From the NCBI GenBank assembly GCA_964270895.1, contig OZ185440.1: a stretch of DNA of 64,000 bases. The stretch is one strand, 5' to 3'. Shown here in pieces: positions 1-13,112 of this stretch (positions are counted from its first letter, which is position 1; each line of letters opens with the position of its first letter). Below the pieces are notes generated by a model. It worked only from the letters and a program-made list of their open reading frames with translations, was not told where the DNA came from and made no database searches. Made by a program: the position numbers and the translations under genes. Source of the DNA: Podarcis filfolensis (taxonomy: Eukaryota).

Positions 1-2208
1 GGTCTGTACAATCCTGTGACCGTCCCACATGGTTGCAAAACTCTCAACTCTTTCTAAATAAACAAGCCCTAGTAGTGTCTTGAGCTATAGTAGTAAGAAC
101 AGCAGGGAATACAGTTGGCCAGGCTACCAGGATTTCTTTGTTAAGAGATATGTGCAGATATGACACTCTCGATATAAGCCTTTGTGGGTGTGAGGAACAA
201 AGCGGTGACAATTAGAAAGCTGTGTATATAAATACACAGCAGGCACCGAACGCTCCAGAAGGACAGAAAACTGCACAGTAAACGTTATCATGCCCATGTT
301 TGAGAAGTGTGGGAATGGGCCACTGTTGTAGCTAATTATTTTTCTGAAGCTTCAGGAGGTCTCATTTACATTGTATGCTACAGCAGACATTTGTAAGGAT
401 TAGAATACTTCCCTAGAATTGCTTCAAGTGAAAGCTGGCGGCTGCATGAAGTGTTGTCTGTAATTGACTAGCTTCATGTCTTCACACAGCATCAAGACAA
501 TGTTCCATTATGTTATCCATTGACAGTATCATTGAAAAGATTACTCTCCTTAAAGTATCTGTCAAGCTTGATTGATTTACAAGGGACAAAAGCACCGAGA
601 GGACTTGAAATGCAGGTCCTTCTTTTCTCTCACACCACCGTTTAGCATACATAATGGATCCCCTTTGATGTCAAAAGCTCATATTCCATTAATAATGAAC
701 AGGCTTTTTGAATGCAGGCTCCTTGTACAGAGTCCCACACTAATAACCTGTTTGCTGCAAAATGGGAATCACTGGCAAAGCAATCATTTGTCTGGATTTT
801 ACATGCTATCTGTGAGTCTACACTCAAAGGGATTTCTTTCAGCACTCTGCATGACTGAAGCTCAGGCAAATCCTGGTCTTCCGCTTCAAAAACAACATCC
901 TGAAGATGGTCACTTGAATGGTTTACTTTAATTAGGCTGGGAAAAATTAGCATTGCTATATTGTGGAGTGTATTTCATGCACAAGGAGCTTATTCCCATT
1001 GGTGAGTGATACTCTAAATATCTGGTTGTGCAAATGCTCCATCTACATGTTTGATATGGTGAGTCCCCAGATACAGCTATTGCTGCCTTGGGTAATTCTT
1101 ATAAATAAAATGGGGCATTCTTCTATCAGTGGGAAAATGGCTGTTCTGTCTAGGGATGTGCTTGGTCAGAAGCTATTCCCTCCAAACAGCTGGGTCTCCA
1201 GGGAAGTTTTAGAACAACTTTGTAAATCCCTGAACTGTTCTTTTGCTAATTTCATCTGCTATTTTTTTCTACCACAAGCTAAGTCTGATGAATTCAGGAT
1301 CCATCCTACATAAGAACACATAATCCCCTTTCCAAAGCCATCCAGGTTAGTGATCATCATTACATCCTTTAGATTCTCTATCTCAAGATCACCCCGGGCG
1401 TTTTTGTGAGGGGGACCATAGTAGCAGTCAATTAAATGAAGGACAAAACAAATGATGACATATGACGTGTTTGCTAATTTGGACATAGCCTTACTTTCTT
1501 TATAACCAGAATGGTTCTCATCCATTCTATCTGAGGGAGGAATTTGAAACTCAAAGTTTTACCTGCAAACATTTTTCAGTAAATGATCATACCTTACTTA
1601 TTTATATTTTCATGGACAAAAGTTAAAAGTCACTAGTACAAAGGCTGAGTCACCAGATTTTATGAGTATCTGCTGATTTAATTACCAATGCATCTGATGT
1701 CATTCATAATATAAAGCTAAAGCTGGATTTGGAGTGTGCTGCTTTGCTAGGCATCACTTATTTTACTTAGCAGATTAGTCATCAAAAGCAGCTGAGCATT
1801 TCAAGAAGCCATTAGAGCTTCGGGATGACTAATTGTGCTCTTTGCAATGGGATCAGAGAAGCCTATTTGCTCTTCTTTTTCCAGGAAAAGGAAATGGACA
1901 AAGTCAGTCAGAGAGGGCTTCATTCCCCATCCATCCACCCACCTCAGGTGGATGCTAGGTCTAGCTGTAATCATTGAGATGTCTTGATTAGGCCCCATAT
2001 TGTTGACCCCTTCCTTTTACTCTTTTCACCCAAAGTGGGCCAAGTGTTGACTCCTGCAGTTTTTCAACCAAGTTCAGATGACAGAAGCAGTTAGTCAACA
2101 ACCAGCTCCTGGGCATCGTTCCTTCTGCCGAAGGTAGCAATCTTAAAGGGACAGGTTGGGCAGAGCAGAACTGTGCCAAAGGCATTTTCTCACCTTCCTT
2201 TTGTCCAG

Positions 2209-2650
2209 GTTGTTGTTGTTTAGTCGTTTAGACGTGTCCGACTCTTCATGACCCCATGGACCAGAGCATGCCAGGCACTCCTGTCTTCCACTGCCTCCTG
2301 CAGTTTGGTCAAACTCATGTCCGTAGCTTCGAGAACACTGTCCAACCATCTTGTTCTCTGTTGTCCCCTTCTCCTTGTGCCCTCAATCTTTCCCAACATC
2401 AGGGTCTTTTCCAGGGAGTCTTCTCTTCTCATGAGGTGCCCAAAGTATTGGAGCCTCAGCTTCATGATCTGTCCTTCCAGTGAGCACTCAGGGCTGATTT
2501 CCTTAAGAATGGATAGGTTTGATCTTCTTGCAGTCCATGGGACTCTCAAGAGTCTCCTCCAGCACCATAATTCAAAAGCATCAATTTTTCGGCGGTCAGC
2601 CTTCTTTATGGTCCAGCTCTCACTTCCATACTTCCATACATCACTACTGG
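2209..2650 (-). mobile_element. BovB (RTE clade) LINE, 5'-truncated 3' fragment
   Basis: Minus ORF 2220-2549 (MRVPWTARRSNLSILKEISPECSLEGQIMKLRLQYFGHLMRREDSLEKTLMLGKIEG...) is the characteristic BovB C-terminus. It has a (CAA)n tail and a flanking direct repeat GTCCAGGTT at 2203-2211 and 2653-2661. Confidence 0.95.
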
Positions 2651-3002
2651 TAGTCCAGGTTAGCTGACTGGTACTTTCTCAGAATCGTGCTGCCTAGAGC
2701 TGCTACTGCCCAGTCATGGATCTTGGATAGACACTCTCCCAAATGTCTTCTCTTTGCCTATTGTGCTGCATTCCTTGCAATTCTGCATGAAAACCATGCA
2801 GAATAAAACTTTGCAAAGGCTTGAAAGACTTTGACATAGTTGATCTGTTGGGAAACTATTTCTGGCTACTTACATTAATCCTCTGAATCCCTAACAGTTA
2901 TGGACACATTATTTCTGAGAAAATGTCACTCGGTTTGAAATACCACCACTTTCTAATCTAGGTATTTACATAATTTCTTATCAGAAATCCCTAGCATATG
3001 TA

Positions 3003-3130
3003 AGCAGGGCTGGGAAAGGTCCATATCTGAAATTCGAGAGAGCCACTGCCCACCAGTACTGTATAATAAACAGTGCTGAGTTAGATGCATAAGTCAGTTA
3101 AGTCTGCCTCAGTATATGACAACTTCCCAT
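3003..3130 (+). mobile_element. Decayed CR1-type LINE 3' end
   Basis: ctgggaaagg...gagagccactgcc...gtgctgagttagatg...tcagtatatgacaacttcc resembles the squamate CR1 3' UTR (recalled consensus). Confidence 0.6.
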
Positions 3131-5475
3131 ACTCCTACCTAAATTTCAGAGAATTGCCATGTCTTCAAATTAGCCATGGAATTAGCCCAAAGCAATCTCT
3201 GTAATTGATTTCAATGGGAGAGAAAGTTAAGTACATAATTAAATATCCCTCCTTTGAAATAATGGGACTTAAGCTCTTTGAATCCATTCATCCTTATTCA
3301 GAGATACAGATTCTCAAACTGACCACTGGGTCTTCATGTGGAAGAAGGAGTATAAAATTATTTATGTTTCAGTTAAGCCTTGCTTGAGCAGCAAGGTCTT
3401 CTCAAGCACTGTATTCCTGTACCCTGACTTGCTCTTTGGCCCCAAATAATCCTTTAGTCTTGAATACTGGTTTTCCTGGAGTTCATGGCTCCTCTCAGTG
3501 TACTGGCTCTGACCCTGACACTGCCATAGCAAATTTGATAGCGACACTTAAAATTGAGATAGCTGGCATTAAAACCAGCTACGTTTTCCTCCTCATCAGA
3601 AAACTGGATTCTGCTTGCATGTGAAATACGTAACAGATATATTTATTGCAGTAGCTCTGCAATAGAAACTCTCCTATTCCCTTTTTTTCTAAGAAGACAA
3701 ATGGAACTATTATTTTATTTTTGTTCCTTTGGAATACATTTCTGTACATTGGACATGCCATAGGAATTTTGGTGTTCATTTTGGAGGCAAACAAAAAAAT
3801 AGGATGGGAACTGTATGTGTTTTAAGACTGCAAATGCTGGTTGCTCAGGAACGAGGACCCTCTGGATATTCCTGGCTAAATGAAACCAATCTGTCACATG
3901 ATGTTAAACCAATCTGCTCGTGTTAGCCACAGGGCCATCTTCAAATTAATTTATAGCCCCCAAAAATAGCAGAAAGGAAGAAATATCCACACAACTGTTT
4001 CTTGTTTTCTTCTTGCCACTTCTTGTCCACATCCATTGTTTTAAAGGCCCAGGGGGAAGAAATCCCATGTGCTTAGGGATGAAACCAATTTTCTAAGCAA
4101 ACATACCAGTAAAAGTTACACTCATAAAAACCACCAGCAGGGACCTAGTTTTTGTTATATTTATATAGGAGGAGGTTTCTGGAGAACTTGGCAGTTCTAC
4201 TGATACGAGAGGAATGATGAAAGTACTTTTGCCCCCAGAACTTGCAAGGCTTGACTATACAAAAGAGTTTGGGCTTGTTGTAGTAGTATTTTAGTTCTTC
4301 TCTAGCTCAGTAAACAAAAACAAAGCACCTCTTGAAAGGCACCTAACATGGAAAGTGTTATCTCAGTGCAAATATATGTATCCTATTGATCCTGATATCC
4401 AACTTCTTGCTTCTCACCCCCAAGGTAACAGGGACCTATAGAAAACTATGGTAAAATAATACTGGAATTGACCACCAAGATTATCACCTTCCAACCTGGA
4501 AACCAGTTCCATTTCCTGATGAATGACTGATGCAGAATATGTTGCTTCACTCAGTGCAAACACAGCATTAATCGTGTGGTGATGTAGCACCCACCTATAA
4601 TCTCTTTTTGTGTATGTCTGGGTAGGAGGCATTGGAAGAGATGAAAAGGGTATTGCAATGGGGTCTGAGGCCTTTCTGACCCATCTCTACTTCTATGTCT
4701 CAAAGTCCAAGGTCATCGATGTAGGTCTGGTTGTTAGATTTTACTCTTAATCAAATCTGATGCAGGAAACTAGATATTCTTATGGTGTGGCCATTTCAGG
4801 GTGTTCTGAGCTCTACTTTGCCTCCTTTAGAAGGCTTCTGCCACTTATCATGGCTGTTGGAAATGTGGCAAAACAGTAGCTTGACCTACCTGAGTTTTTC
4901 ATCTCATATGGGTCTCCATTCTCCAGCTACACTGTATGGAATGTGAATGAGACTCCTTCTTTCATCAGAAGATGATGTGAGATTGCATGTGGTGAGTTTT
5001 GCCTATGATCCATTGGGCAATTAGATCTGTGTGCCTGCAGCTTTTATTGGTGTTTGTTTGTACCTCGAGCCTGAAATGAAAATCCTCTCTTAAAATTAGC
5101 TCTCCTACATGTTCCTGCACATATGATTCAGAGCCATCTACTTAAAAGACTCCATACAAAAGAAAAGAGTAATGGAAATTCATAGGTTTAACTGTTGCTT
5201 GCCTGCATTGGTAAGGAGCTGATAGGATGTATAACAGGTTTAATTTTCCCCAATCCTCTATTTTCTGTTCTGCTTAGGGAACATATAAATGTAGTGAACT
5301 ATAGATGGAAATGGTGTATATTGGCTTCTACCCTTAGATTTTCTTGCTATATCTTTGAGGTGTTTTTGTTTGTGCATAATCCTAATGGTCAGGGGTCCCT
5401 TTACCTTTAATCCTTCATAACATGAGAATAGTTTCGCCCATGTCTGTTAAATACAACTGGCAAAGTCCCTCAAAG

Positions 5476-5785
5476 CAGGAGTCAAACCCATTTTCAGCCC
5501 ATGGACCACTTTCCATCATGGGCAACCTTCCCAGGCTGGGTAACAGTACTGGACAGAGCAATATATGTTGCTCTTTTAAGAGGAGGCTACACTCCAGTCA
5601 TACAGCAGCCTCCACATGCAACTCTCTATCCAGGCAAGCACTTCAGTGATACATTCCACCACAGCAAAGACACTTAAGGAGGGCACAGAATAGATCCAGT
5701 AGGGTGTGTGGCCTGGTGAGAGTCCTGAAGGCCGAATAGAGAGACCTGGAGGGTTGCATGCAGCCTGCAGTCTTGGTCACTTGCA
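5476..5785. mobile_element. Decayed hAT-like MITE (about 310 bp family)
   Basis: Shares blocks in reverse complement with 31906-32228 (ttttcagccc/gggctgaaaa; gagagacctggaggg/gcttctctatccggcc). Confidence 0.5.
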
Positions 5786-6982
5786 AGATTAAAGGGCATT
5801 CAAAATTCTTACGCTCCTCCCACAGTTGCCAGCATAAATCAGACAGACACTTAAGGCTTTGAGAGGATTGTTTCATGACTACACCATGAGCTTTTGCCCT
5901 GGGCTCAGGCTCTGACCTACATGGGGAGGAGCCAGCCAATTTAGAGGGGAGGGCAGGGGACTACTGGCTAGGATTGCAGAGGGTTTAGATTGAGATACAA
6001 GCCCTAACCCTGAGATTGAGCCCAAACCTCTCAGCCATGAACAGGGACCCCAGAGACTGCAACCTGTGAGCCTGATGTTCCTAAGGGAACATCTACCCAC
6101 CTGGGGCCCCAAGTTCTCCATTGCTAGTTCACAAGGGCAGGCTATGTACCAGGGAAAACTAATGGAGAAGAGATAGAATGCTATGTTCTGGGCCAGGAGA
6201 CAAGCTCTTTCAGCTCATCCATTTCCAAGACAGAGCCTGAGAGGAGTAGTCTGAACTGAGAAGTAAGAAAGGTCTCATTTGGATTTTTAGGCCTTGTTGG
6301 AGCAAGTGTGCAATTGTCTTGCTTGGAGCTCTCCAAGGTCCTGCAACTCAGGTTTTAAACTAAGCTGTGTTCTGTCAAGCAATCTGACTACAGTTCGAAC
6401 TATTTTTTTATTTCCAACATGTATAACTTTGTTTCCTATACCCATGTCTGATTGTCTATAGTGTAGCAGTTCCCTTTACCTGCCTTTGCTATTCTGCAAT
6501 TTTCACTTACTTGTTCTGTACTGGAGTTACTCCCCACCCCCGACTTAATTTCCCTCCTTTCTCACTCTAACTGAAGCCACTTCAATTTATTTCTATCTTC
6601 CTTGGTCTTGCCCTTTTCCCTCTTCCCGTGTCTGTTCTCCACCATTAATAAATTTCCTGGGACCTCTATCCAAACACTCCCACACCTTGCCTTTTATGCA
6701 GCCACCCTGGGTATCTGATTAATGTTCTGCAGCTGCTGACCTCCAGCTGTCCCTCCCCTGGCTCACCTGTGTTTTCATTTGAGTGAGCCAGGATAGGAAT
6801 GTTGTGGGAGGCAGCTGAAGCTCCTGTGTCCTCCTGACACCAGGATGTGTTTTGTGTGTGTGTGGCTGCTGCTGGTAGTCGTATCAAACTAGGATGATAG
6901 GAGAGAATTTTCTGTTGAAGATAAAATGTGGAGCTTCTCATATGACATTGCAGCCATTTCATTACAGAAGTATTACTTAGGG

Positions 6983-7115
6983 CAGTGGTGAGGAACATCC
7001 AGATTACAATGGAACTACAACATCCATCATCCCTGACAATTGACAATGCTGGCTAAAACTAATGGGAGTTGGAATCCAACATCATCTTGGAAGACCACAG
7101 TTTTTCCTATCCCTG
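6983..7115. mobile_element. Short palindromic hAT-like MITE (family A)
   Basis: CAG...CCTG ends and internal inverted repeat (actacaacatccatca / aatgggagttggaatc). The flanks acttaggg / gcttagga resemble a decayed 8-bp TSD. Confidence 0.55.
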
Positions 7116-8267
7116 GCTTAGGACAAAAGTATTTGCCACATTATTTTTGAGATTTCATCTGCAATCTTAAGGACTAAGAACTTGCCTTTTATAGATAAGT
7201 AGTCTCAGGAGACTATGGATTTGCATCTCTACTTTAAGGAAGCACTACTCCATGCCAAATTTGTGATAATTTCACAGTTATATCTGTACGTAGACATTCT
7301 TCTATCTGCATTCCTTCCTTGTGGACATTTTAAGAGCATAAATGCATATGATGCATCGACTTTGGACTTGGATATGTCCAAGGCTTGGATTTCCAAATGG
7401 TGAGTTTCACCATTAGTAGTCACAGAAGGTAGAAGATGTGGCGACTCTACTGATTCCAGCCATACATGGCCAGCGGAGCAAACCTGCAGTTGCTATTGCT
7501 GCAGTGAATGTGATATGCGGCCCATTGCCAGTTCTAACCAGTGGTTGACACAGCAGGACTTCCAATGCTGAACTTCGGGTTCATACGGGTGCAGGTAGTT
7601 GCTCTGAGAGTCTGATCCAAAACCATTTTCTGCTTTAAAGGTTAATAATCAGTCCATTAAATTGGGCCTGAAAACAGATTGTCACCAGATAAGTATAATG
7701 TGATCTGAATGCCTAGCTGCTACAGTTAAGGCATTGAAGGACTGCCATGTGTACCTCATAAGTTGCTAGTGAAAACCTTTCTAAAATGAAGCCTTCTTCT
7801 CCAATAGTTCCTATTTCTGCTCCTTCACCATTTCTACAGCCCTGTCCTACTTTTCTCTTCTTTAAGGTTCCACTTGTCAACCCTTCTTTCATAATAAGAT
7901 GGTCCACTCTGCTGCTACAGAGACTGAAAATCAGTACTTTGGATCTCATTAGAGAGGATGCATTGGAGTACTGCTTGGCACAAAACAGTGGGAATGTTAC
8001 TATCATAAAGCATTAGTGAAACAGCTAAAGCTTCCTACATTTAATGCTAATAGGAAACTGGGTTCCATCTACTTCTAATTAGCCGCAAGACTTGCCTTTT
8101 TATAACATGAGAAGCTTTAAAACATATCAAATGCTGATAGAGCAGCAGGTATTTTTTGAACTGCAGTCTCCCTGTATACCTCATTTATCATGAGTTGCCA
8201 TGAATTCCTACGTATCTGTTAGCTCTCAAGTCCTAGTTACAAGGAGCTAAGGAAATCAAGCAGCGGG

Positions 8268-8268
<1 letters not shown>

Positions 8269-8302
<34 letters not shown>
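8269..8302. repeat. (TG)17 microsatellite
   Basis: Direct reading. Confidence 0.97.
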
Positions 8303-8305
<3 letters not shown>

Positions 8306-8487
8306 AAAAAATCATTTTTATACTCTCATTTTCTCAGGTACTGGTTCCTGGCAGTCCTGGTATTGCATGGAGTGAATGAGCATATGTTCTAGGCTGACAA
8401 GACAGCTGGCTTCAGGGGCTTGTGGTGGGCATGGGAAGTCTTTTATTGCTTTGTCAGTAGCTCACCTGCAGTCTAGGCAAAGAGTTC

Positions 8488-8501
8488 GCTCCACCTAGTG
8501 G
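8488..8501 (-). promoter_or_regulatory. CTCF-like motif
   Basis: Minus strand CCACTAGGTGGAGC versus the core consensus CCASYAGRKGGCRS, one mismatch. Confidence 0.4.
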
Positions 8502-9682
8502 CTGTTACACTTTCATGGTAGGATACAAATTCATTCTGGATTTTGTGACAGAACACTGCATTGCCCAAGGTTGAGTGCAGAAAAGAAGCGTTAGATGTTG
8601 CACGCATTTGTTGACCAACAAAGAGACTTTGCTGCTGCAGTAAATTAAAATGGCTACTCAGTGGAAATAGTTCTAGCTGTAAAATAAGATGTTGTCCCAC
8701 CCTGCAGAACACAGAGCACTGCATGAAAATAAGAGAGGGGTGGGGTGGGCAAGAAGATTCTGGCAGCACTGGGACAGGGATAAAAAAAATTATCTTTGCA
8801 ATCTCTCAGGGTAGTGAAGCCCATCCAGAGAGCCAGAAGCGTAGGAACATCTACAGAAACATCCCCCCAGAGTTCCTTCTTTGCATAGAGAAAATAAAAT
8901 TTATGTAAAATTTATATGGTGATGCTGAGTGTTAAAGCAGAAGTGAGATTTGAACTTGCAGTATCCCAGGATACAATTCAACCTTTTGACCAGTGTGGTG
9001 TGCTTGAACCTCCTGTCTACATAAAGGTACATTGGGGTGATGGGAGCTGAACATTCCAAGAACTATGGGAACACCTATATATGTGAATGTGTGAACAAAA
9101 TTGTGTTTTGAATAGACTATGTTTGAATGAATTCTCTCTTTAGAACCAAACCTAACTAGATAAGATGACAGAGATCTCTGATTACATCTCCTGTTTCTTT
9201 AAAATTTAGGGAAGAGCAGATGTTTGGGGCAGGGGAGAGATTTAGATGTAAGTAGAGCCCTTCTGGATCAAACCAAAGGCCCATTTAGATCTGCATCCTG
9301 TTTTCACAGTAGCCAACCAAGCAAGGCAGGAGCCCACAATAATTTTCTCCCCAGCAACTGGTATCCAGAGGCAGACTGCATCATTCGGTTTGGATTGAGA
9401 CTGAAGTGCTGGGGCAGAGGAACTTAACCCTTTCCTCAAGTGCTGAATTCTCAAGGCAAAGCTTCCGCCCTCTAATTGATATCTGCCATATTATGGGAAA
9501 CTTACAAACAGCAGCTTCTTCATTCTACTGAGGTAGCATGCATATACATGAGAACAACTGGCACTGGTGTTCTCTTTAGATGCAGGAGTTTGGACTCAAA
9601 TATGTGGTTTGCATGTGCATGTCTTTCAGTAGTATGGCCTCAGCCCTGCTCCAGCTGATTCCTCACCTTCTCTTTCTTACAG

Positions 9683-9845
9683 TCCAGCACCTCCTTCAAC
9701 CGAGATGCTGTTAAGGCAGGGACAGGCCGTCGGTTCCTTGGCGGGCTACTTGATGACACCTCTTACTGCTACACCCTGGAAGTCTCCTTCTACAGTTACA
9801 TAGTTGGAGGGACTACTTCTACAGTCCCGTACACAGAAGAAACGT
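9683..9845 (+). CDS. AGBL4: AGBL4 (cytosolic carboxypeptidase 6, M14 family) internal coding exon, 163 nt, phase 0 to phase 1
   Basis: Translates to SSTSFNRDAVKAGTGRRFLGGLLDDTSYCYTLEVSFYSYIVGGTTSTVPYTEET+T, near-identical to the vertebrate AGBL4 segment as I recall it, including the YTLE motif with the catalytic Glu of CCPs. U2-type acceptor (cctcaccttctctttcttacag); donor GTATCCTTT. Confidence 0.97.
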
Positions 9846-9854
9846 GTATCCTTT
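9846..9854 (+). promoter_or_regulatory. U12-type 5' splice site
   Basis: GTATCCTTT, an exact match to the minor-intron donor consensus RTATCCTTT. Confidence 0.92.
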
Positions 9855-11237
9855 GTGATGCTTTAGTTTTTGTTTTCGCTCTACCACGACCTGGGAATCT
9901 AAGGTAAGCAAAGACTTGGAATAACAGCAGCTCAAAAAAATACATTCTTTGCTCAAGCACACTGTTATATCATCTTTTCAAGGTTTCTCAGAAGTTTCTG
10001 TTAGGATATGGCTTGGATCCTGAAGTAATTTAGTATCAGAAAATTCATGGGAGGAACGTTTCCCATCCCCTCGTTCCCCTTCAGCATTTGTGTCACATTT
10101 GCCAAAGTATCTGGGAATAATGTGGGATGGGACACGAGGGAGCTGTTGGGTGAGAAGAGAACCAGGCTAAATTGGGTAGCTTTCTGCCTGATCTGGGGTG
10201 AACCCCCCATTTCCCCATCAGTCTTTTGTTCCCCATCACATGCTGTTCTGAGGGCCCTTCTATACTCTTGAGGTTTTATGAGGGGTGCAGGTGGCTGCAG
10301 GATGGAGGAGGCGATAGCAAGTTTTCCTTCCAAGAACTTCTTCAAGTAAAATAACCATAGAATCAAAGACTATGTCTATATACCTGTCTTCTCCCCCCTC
10401 TTTTAGGGCTGTATATTGTATAACCTCATTAATGTGCACCTTTTCTGTTTATTCATACTATTCTATAATATTCTAAAGGTTTGCCAGAAGTTTCTATTAG
10501 CTTTTATATCCAGTGGCAAGTGTTAAATTTGTTCTGTCGTCAACCTCTTCTGATTTCTGGTCTAAGCTGTCAAAAGCAATTTTAGCCCCTGTGAGAAAAT
10601 GCCAGTCACTATTCAAAAAAGACTGTGCTGTCCTTGATTATGCATTCCCTCCGTGATTTACATCTCCCACTTCCTCAGCTCCCTGCTAAAAGTCATCCTT
10701 CCTTTTTATTTCCCTTTTTGGGGAATGGGGCTCTTTATATCTCTGCAGGATCAACTTGTCTTATGCAGATGGAGCTATATCACTCTTGCTTCATACATCA
10801 TTGCCATCAGCCAGCCAGAGCAGAAAATAAGTTGTAGATAGCAGTGATTATCTTTGGTGATGAGGTACAGAAAAGCTGAGACTGCAGTTTGATTTCCATA
10901 AGCATGGCTGACCCTGCTGTGCTAAAAGTAGCACAAGCTGGTTTGAACAGGCAAACATGGAAAATGTTAGCATAACCTGTGTATTAATGTGGAAAATCTT
11001 ACCCTGCTTGGATGTAACTTCCTCTCCTTCCTCCTTTGCTGATGTTAGATCTCTCAAAGAAGAGATGCCCTACCTTTCCCTGAATTCCATTGCACTCATT
11101 CCCTGCCACCTTCTGATGTTACATTTCACTTTCTGTGACCCTGGCCAAGAATGATTGTGGTTGGGAAGTTAGGAGGGCTAGCAAGCTTCTTGAAAATCAT
11201 CACTGCAGAAGCTAAATTAATTGGCACAAGAATGATT

Positions 11238-11279
11238 AATTGAATACTATTTCATTATAATTGAATACTGTTTCATTAT
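11238..11279. repeat. 21-bp tandem duplication
   Basis: aattgaatactatttcattat / aattgaatactgtttcattat, 1 mismatch. Confidence 0.9.
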
Positions 11280-11955
11280 AAATTCCACGATCCTTTAGAG
11301 TGCCCAAGCTTGGATATAAAGAAATTTGTTGAAGATTATGTTGTGGAGCTATTGAGGCATGTTAGGAAAGCATAAAAAGCCAGCCTTATCATGGGAATGG
11401 GGATAAGAGTTCCTGTCTCAGCCAGGGATTGTACTCAAAACACCAGCTTTTTATCTAAGAAATCACTCTTGTCAAATCATCCTAATTTACCAGAGAGACT
11501 TGGTGATTGTGATTTCTAGTTAGCTGCATTTCTTAAGTAGAAGACAAAGCAGAGTTCTTTAATGTATTGTGCGGAGCACTGTTTTTCTAATTTATAAATG
11601 ATCAAGCTTAAGAAGACAACACGTCAGCGCTGAAAATCACCCTCTTTAATGTCAAGATGTGTCCTGGTAACCGACGTATTTGCAGCTAAAATGAAACCAT
11701 GCTAGTTAGGTTGCAGCAGCTCTTTATGGGCATGTTTGCAAATTGGTAATTAAATAACATGGTTGAGGTTTTTTTTAATGACCTTGGAGTTCATTAATGA
11801 CTGCAGGGAAAACATTTTTTTCTACTGAACTGTGTTGAGATGAACCCTTCTGTAGCTAATTGTACTTTTTAAGAGGAGAATTTAAAAGTGTAATTTGATT
11901 ATGTTAATTCAAACAATATGTTAATTTTATTTATATGGCCCACAGTGAAATCTGT

Positions 11956-12087
11956 GGATTGGATCCAGAACAAGTTGGTAGCACTTAGGTTCGATTGAAA
12001 GTAGTATGAAATATTAGTTACGACTAATGGATGTCCAATTAATTTCAATAGGACCTAAGCTGGTCAAACTTGGGCTGGATCCAACCC
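11956..12087. mobile_element. Palindromic MITE-like element (about 130 bp)
   Basis: Terminal IR ggattggatccag / ctggatccaaccc (12/13) and inner IR ttaggttcgattgaaa / tttcaataggacctaa. Confidence 0.65.
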
Positions 12088-12151
12088 AATAGAATGTATT
12101 CTACTGAAGATGTTGGAAGAGGAAGAAGTAACCATTTCTGGTAGCAGTGAA

Positions 12152-12285
12152 CAGGGATAGCCAATGTGTTACCCTCCATGTGTTGTTGGACTAGAATTCC
12201 CATCAGCCCCAGCATCTCCAATTATTAGGAATGATGGGAGTTGTAGTCCAGCAATATCTGGAAAGTACCACAGTGACTACACATG
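12152..12285. mobile_element. Short palindromic hAT-like MITE (family A)
   Basis: gttggactagaattcccatca ... tgatgggagttgtagtccagca internal inverted repeat; starts CAGGG. Confidence 0.65.
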
Positions 12286-12667
12286 GGCTACAAATAGGAC
12301 CACAACATTTATTAAGGCTGTGGTGTACATTTCTGCTTTTCACCATTGAGGCTGAAAATAGCTTTCCTCTGTCTGAAACTGTTTCAGCGTATTTTTTTTC
12401 CTATTTAGGGTTTTCCTCACTTTCTTAAGAGAGATCTATCAGTCAAAAGTCATGTAGTAAGTTTGATGACATCCAGGTGCAATGTAGCCAATCAGATTTG
12501 ACTGTGTGATGACATCACTTAAAGGAAACAAAGCCAACTGATAGGGCTTGCTGCATTAGTTATGTGAATAATTCCAATCAGTTGTATCATTCATTGCCCT
12601 CACTCTGTATGGGCAAGCATTTTTACACTCCCTTTTATGTTGTCCTCTCAAAGTGCTAAAAGGGTAG

Positions 12668-13112
12668 TGTTATGTTTCCAAGGGGTTGCTCGAGAGCAAG
12701 CAGGCAAATATCTCCCTGCTTGGCTGTGAAGCCTTGTTTTGCTGCCAAAATAAACCTTATCTGTCCGGAGCCCCACTCTCCCGTGGCTGGCTCAATCGCT
12801 GGCAGAATCCGTGAGTGGGCGGTTCCTAAACTTTCCCCAGCAAAGCAGCCCAGTCTGCGCCTCCCCTCTCTGCGCGGATACTTTCTGCGCAAGGAGGGCG
12901 TGGGTAGCGGAGGACCCCTCTCCTCCCTGCTTTTCCCAGGCAAGGAGTCCTGGGACCGCCTCGCCACTTCCAACTCCTGCAGCTCCTGTCCACTGGAGGC
13001 CTGTTTACTCTCCTCCGTTGAAGAGGAGATGCTTCCCCCGATCCCTGGAGGCTCTCTATAATCCATTCGGCTTTTGCTCTCTCCCTCCTGAGCTGACGGC
13101 AGTTCCCTGACA
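12668..13112. mobile_element. Solo LTR (probably Gypsy/Ty3 class), 445 bp
   Basis: Begins TGTTATG and ends CCTGACA (TG...CA). Exact 5-bp TSD GGTAG at 12663-12667 and 13113-13117. GC- and CpG-rich relative to its flanks. Confidence 0.85.

Noticed and set aside
1-2000. Minus-strand ORFs 1801-1998, 1259-1525 and 642-953 as a decayed gene, transposase or endogenous viral element
   Set aside because: They lie in three different frames and I could recognise no convincing motif; only a weak F-x3-W-x2-HRI resemblance near position 10-40. A tBLASTx/HMMER search would settle it.
1-9682. The preceding AGBL4 exon (FYIDIHAHST...NAEDFS)
   Set aside because: No matching translation was found, so it presumably lies upstream of the window.
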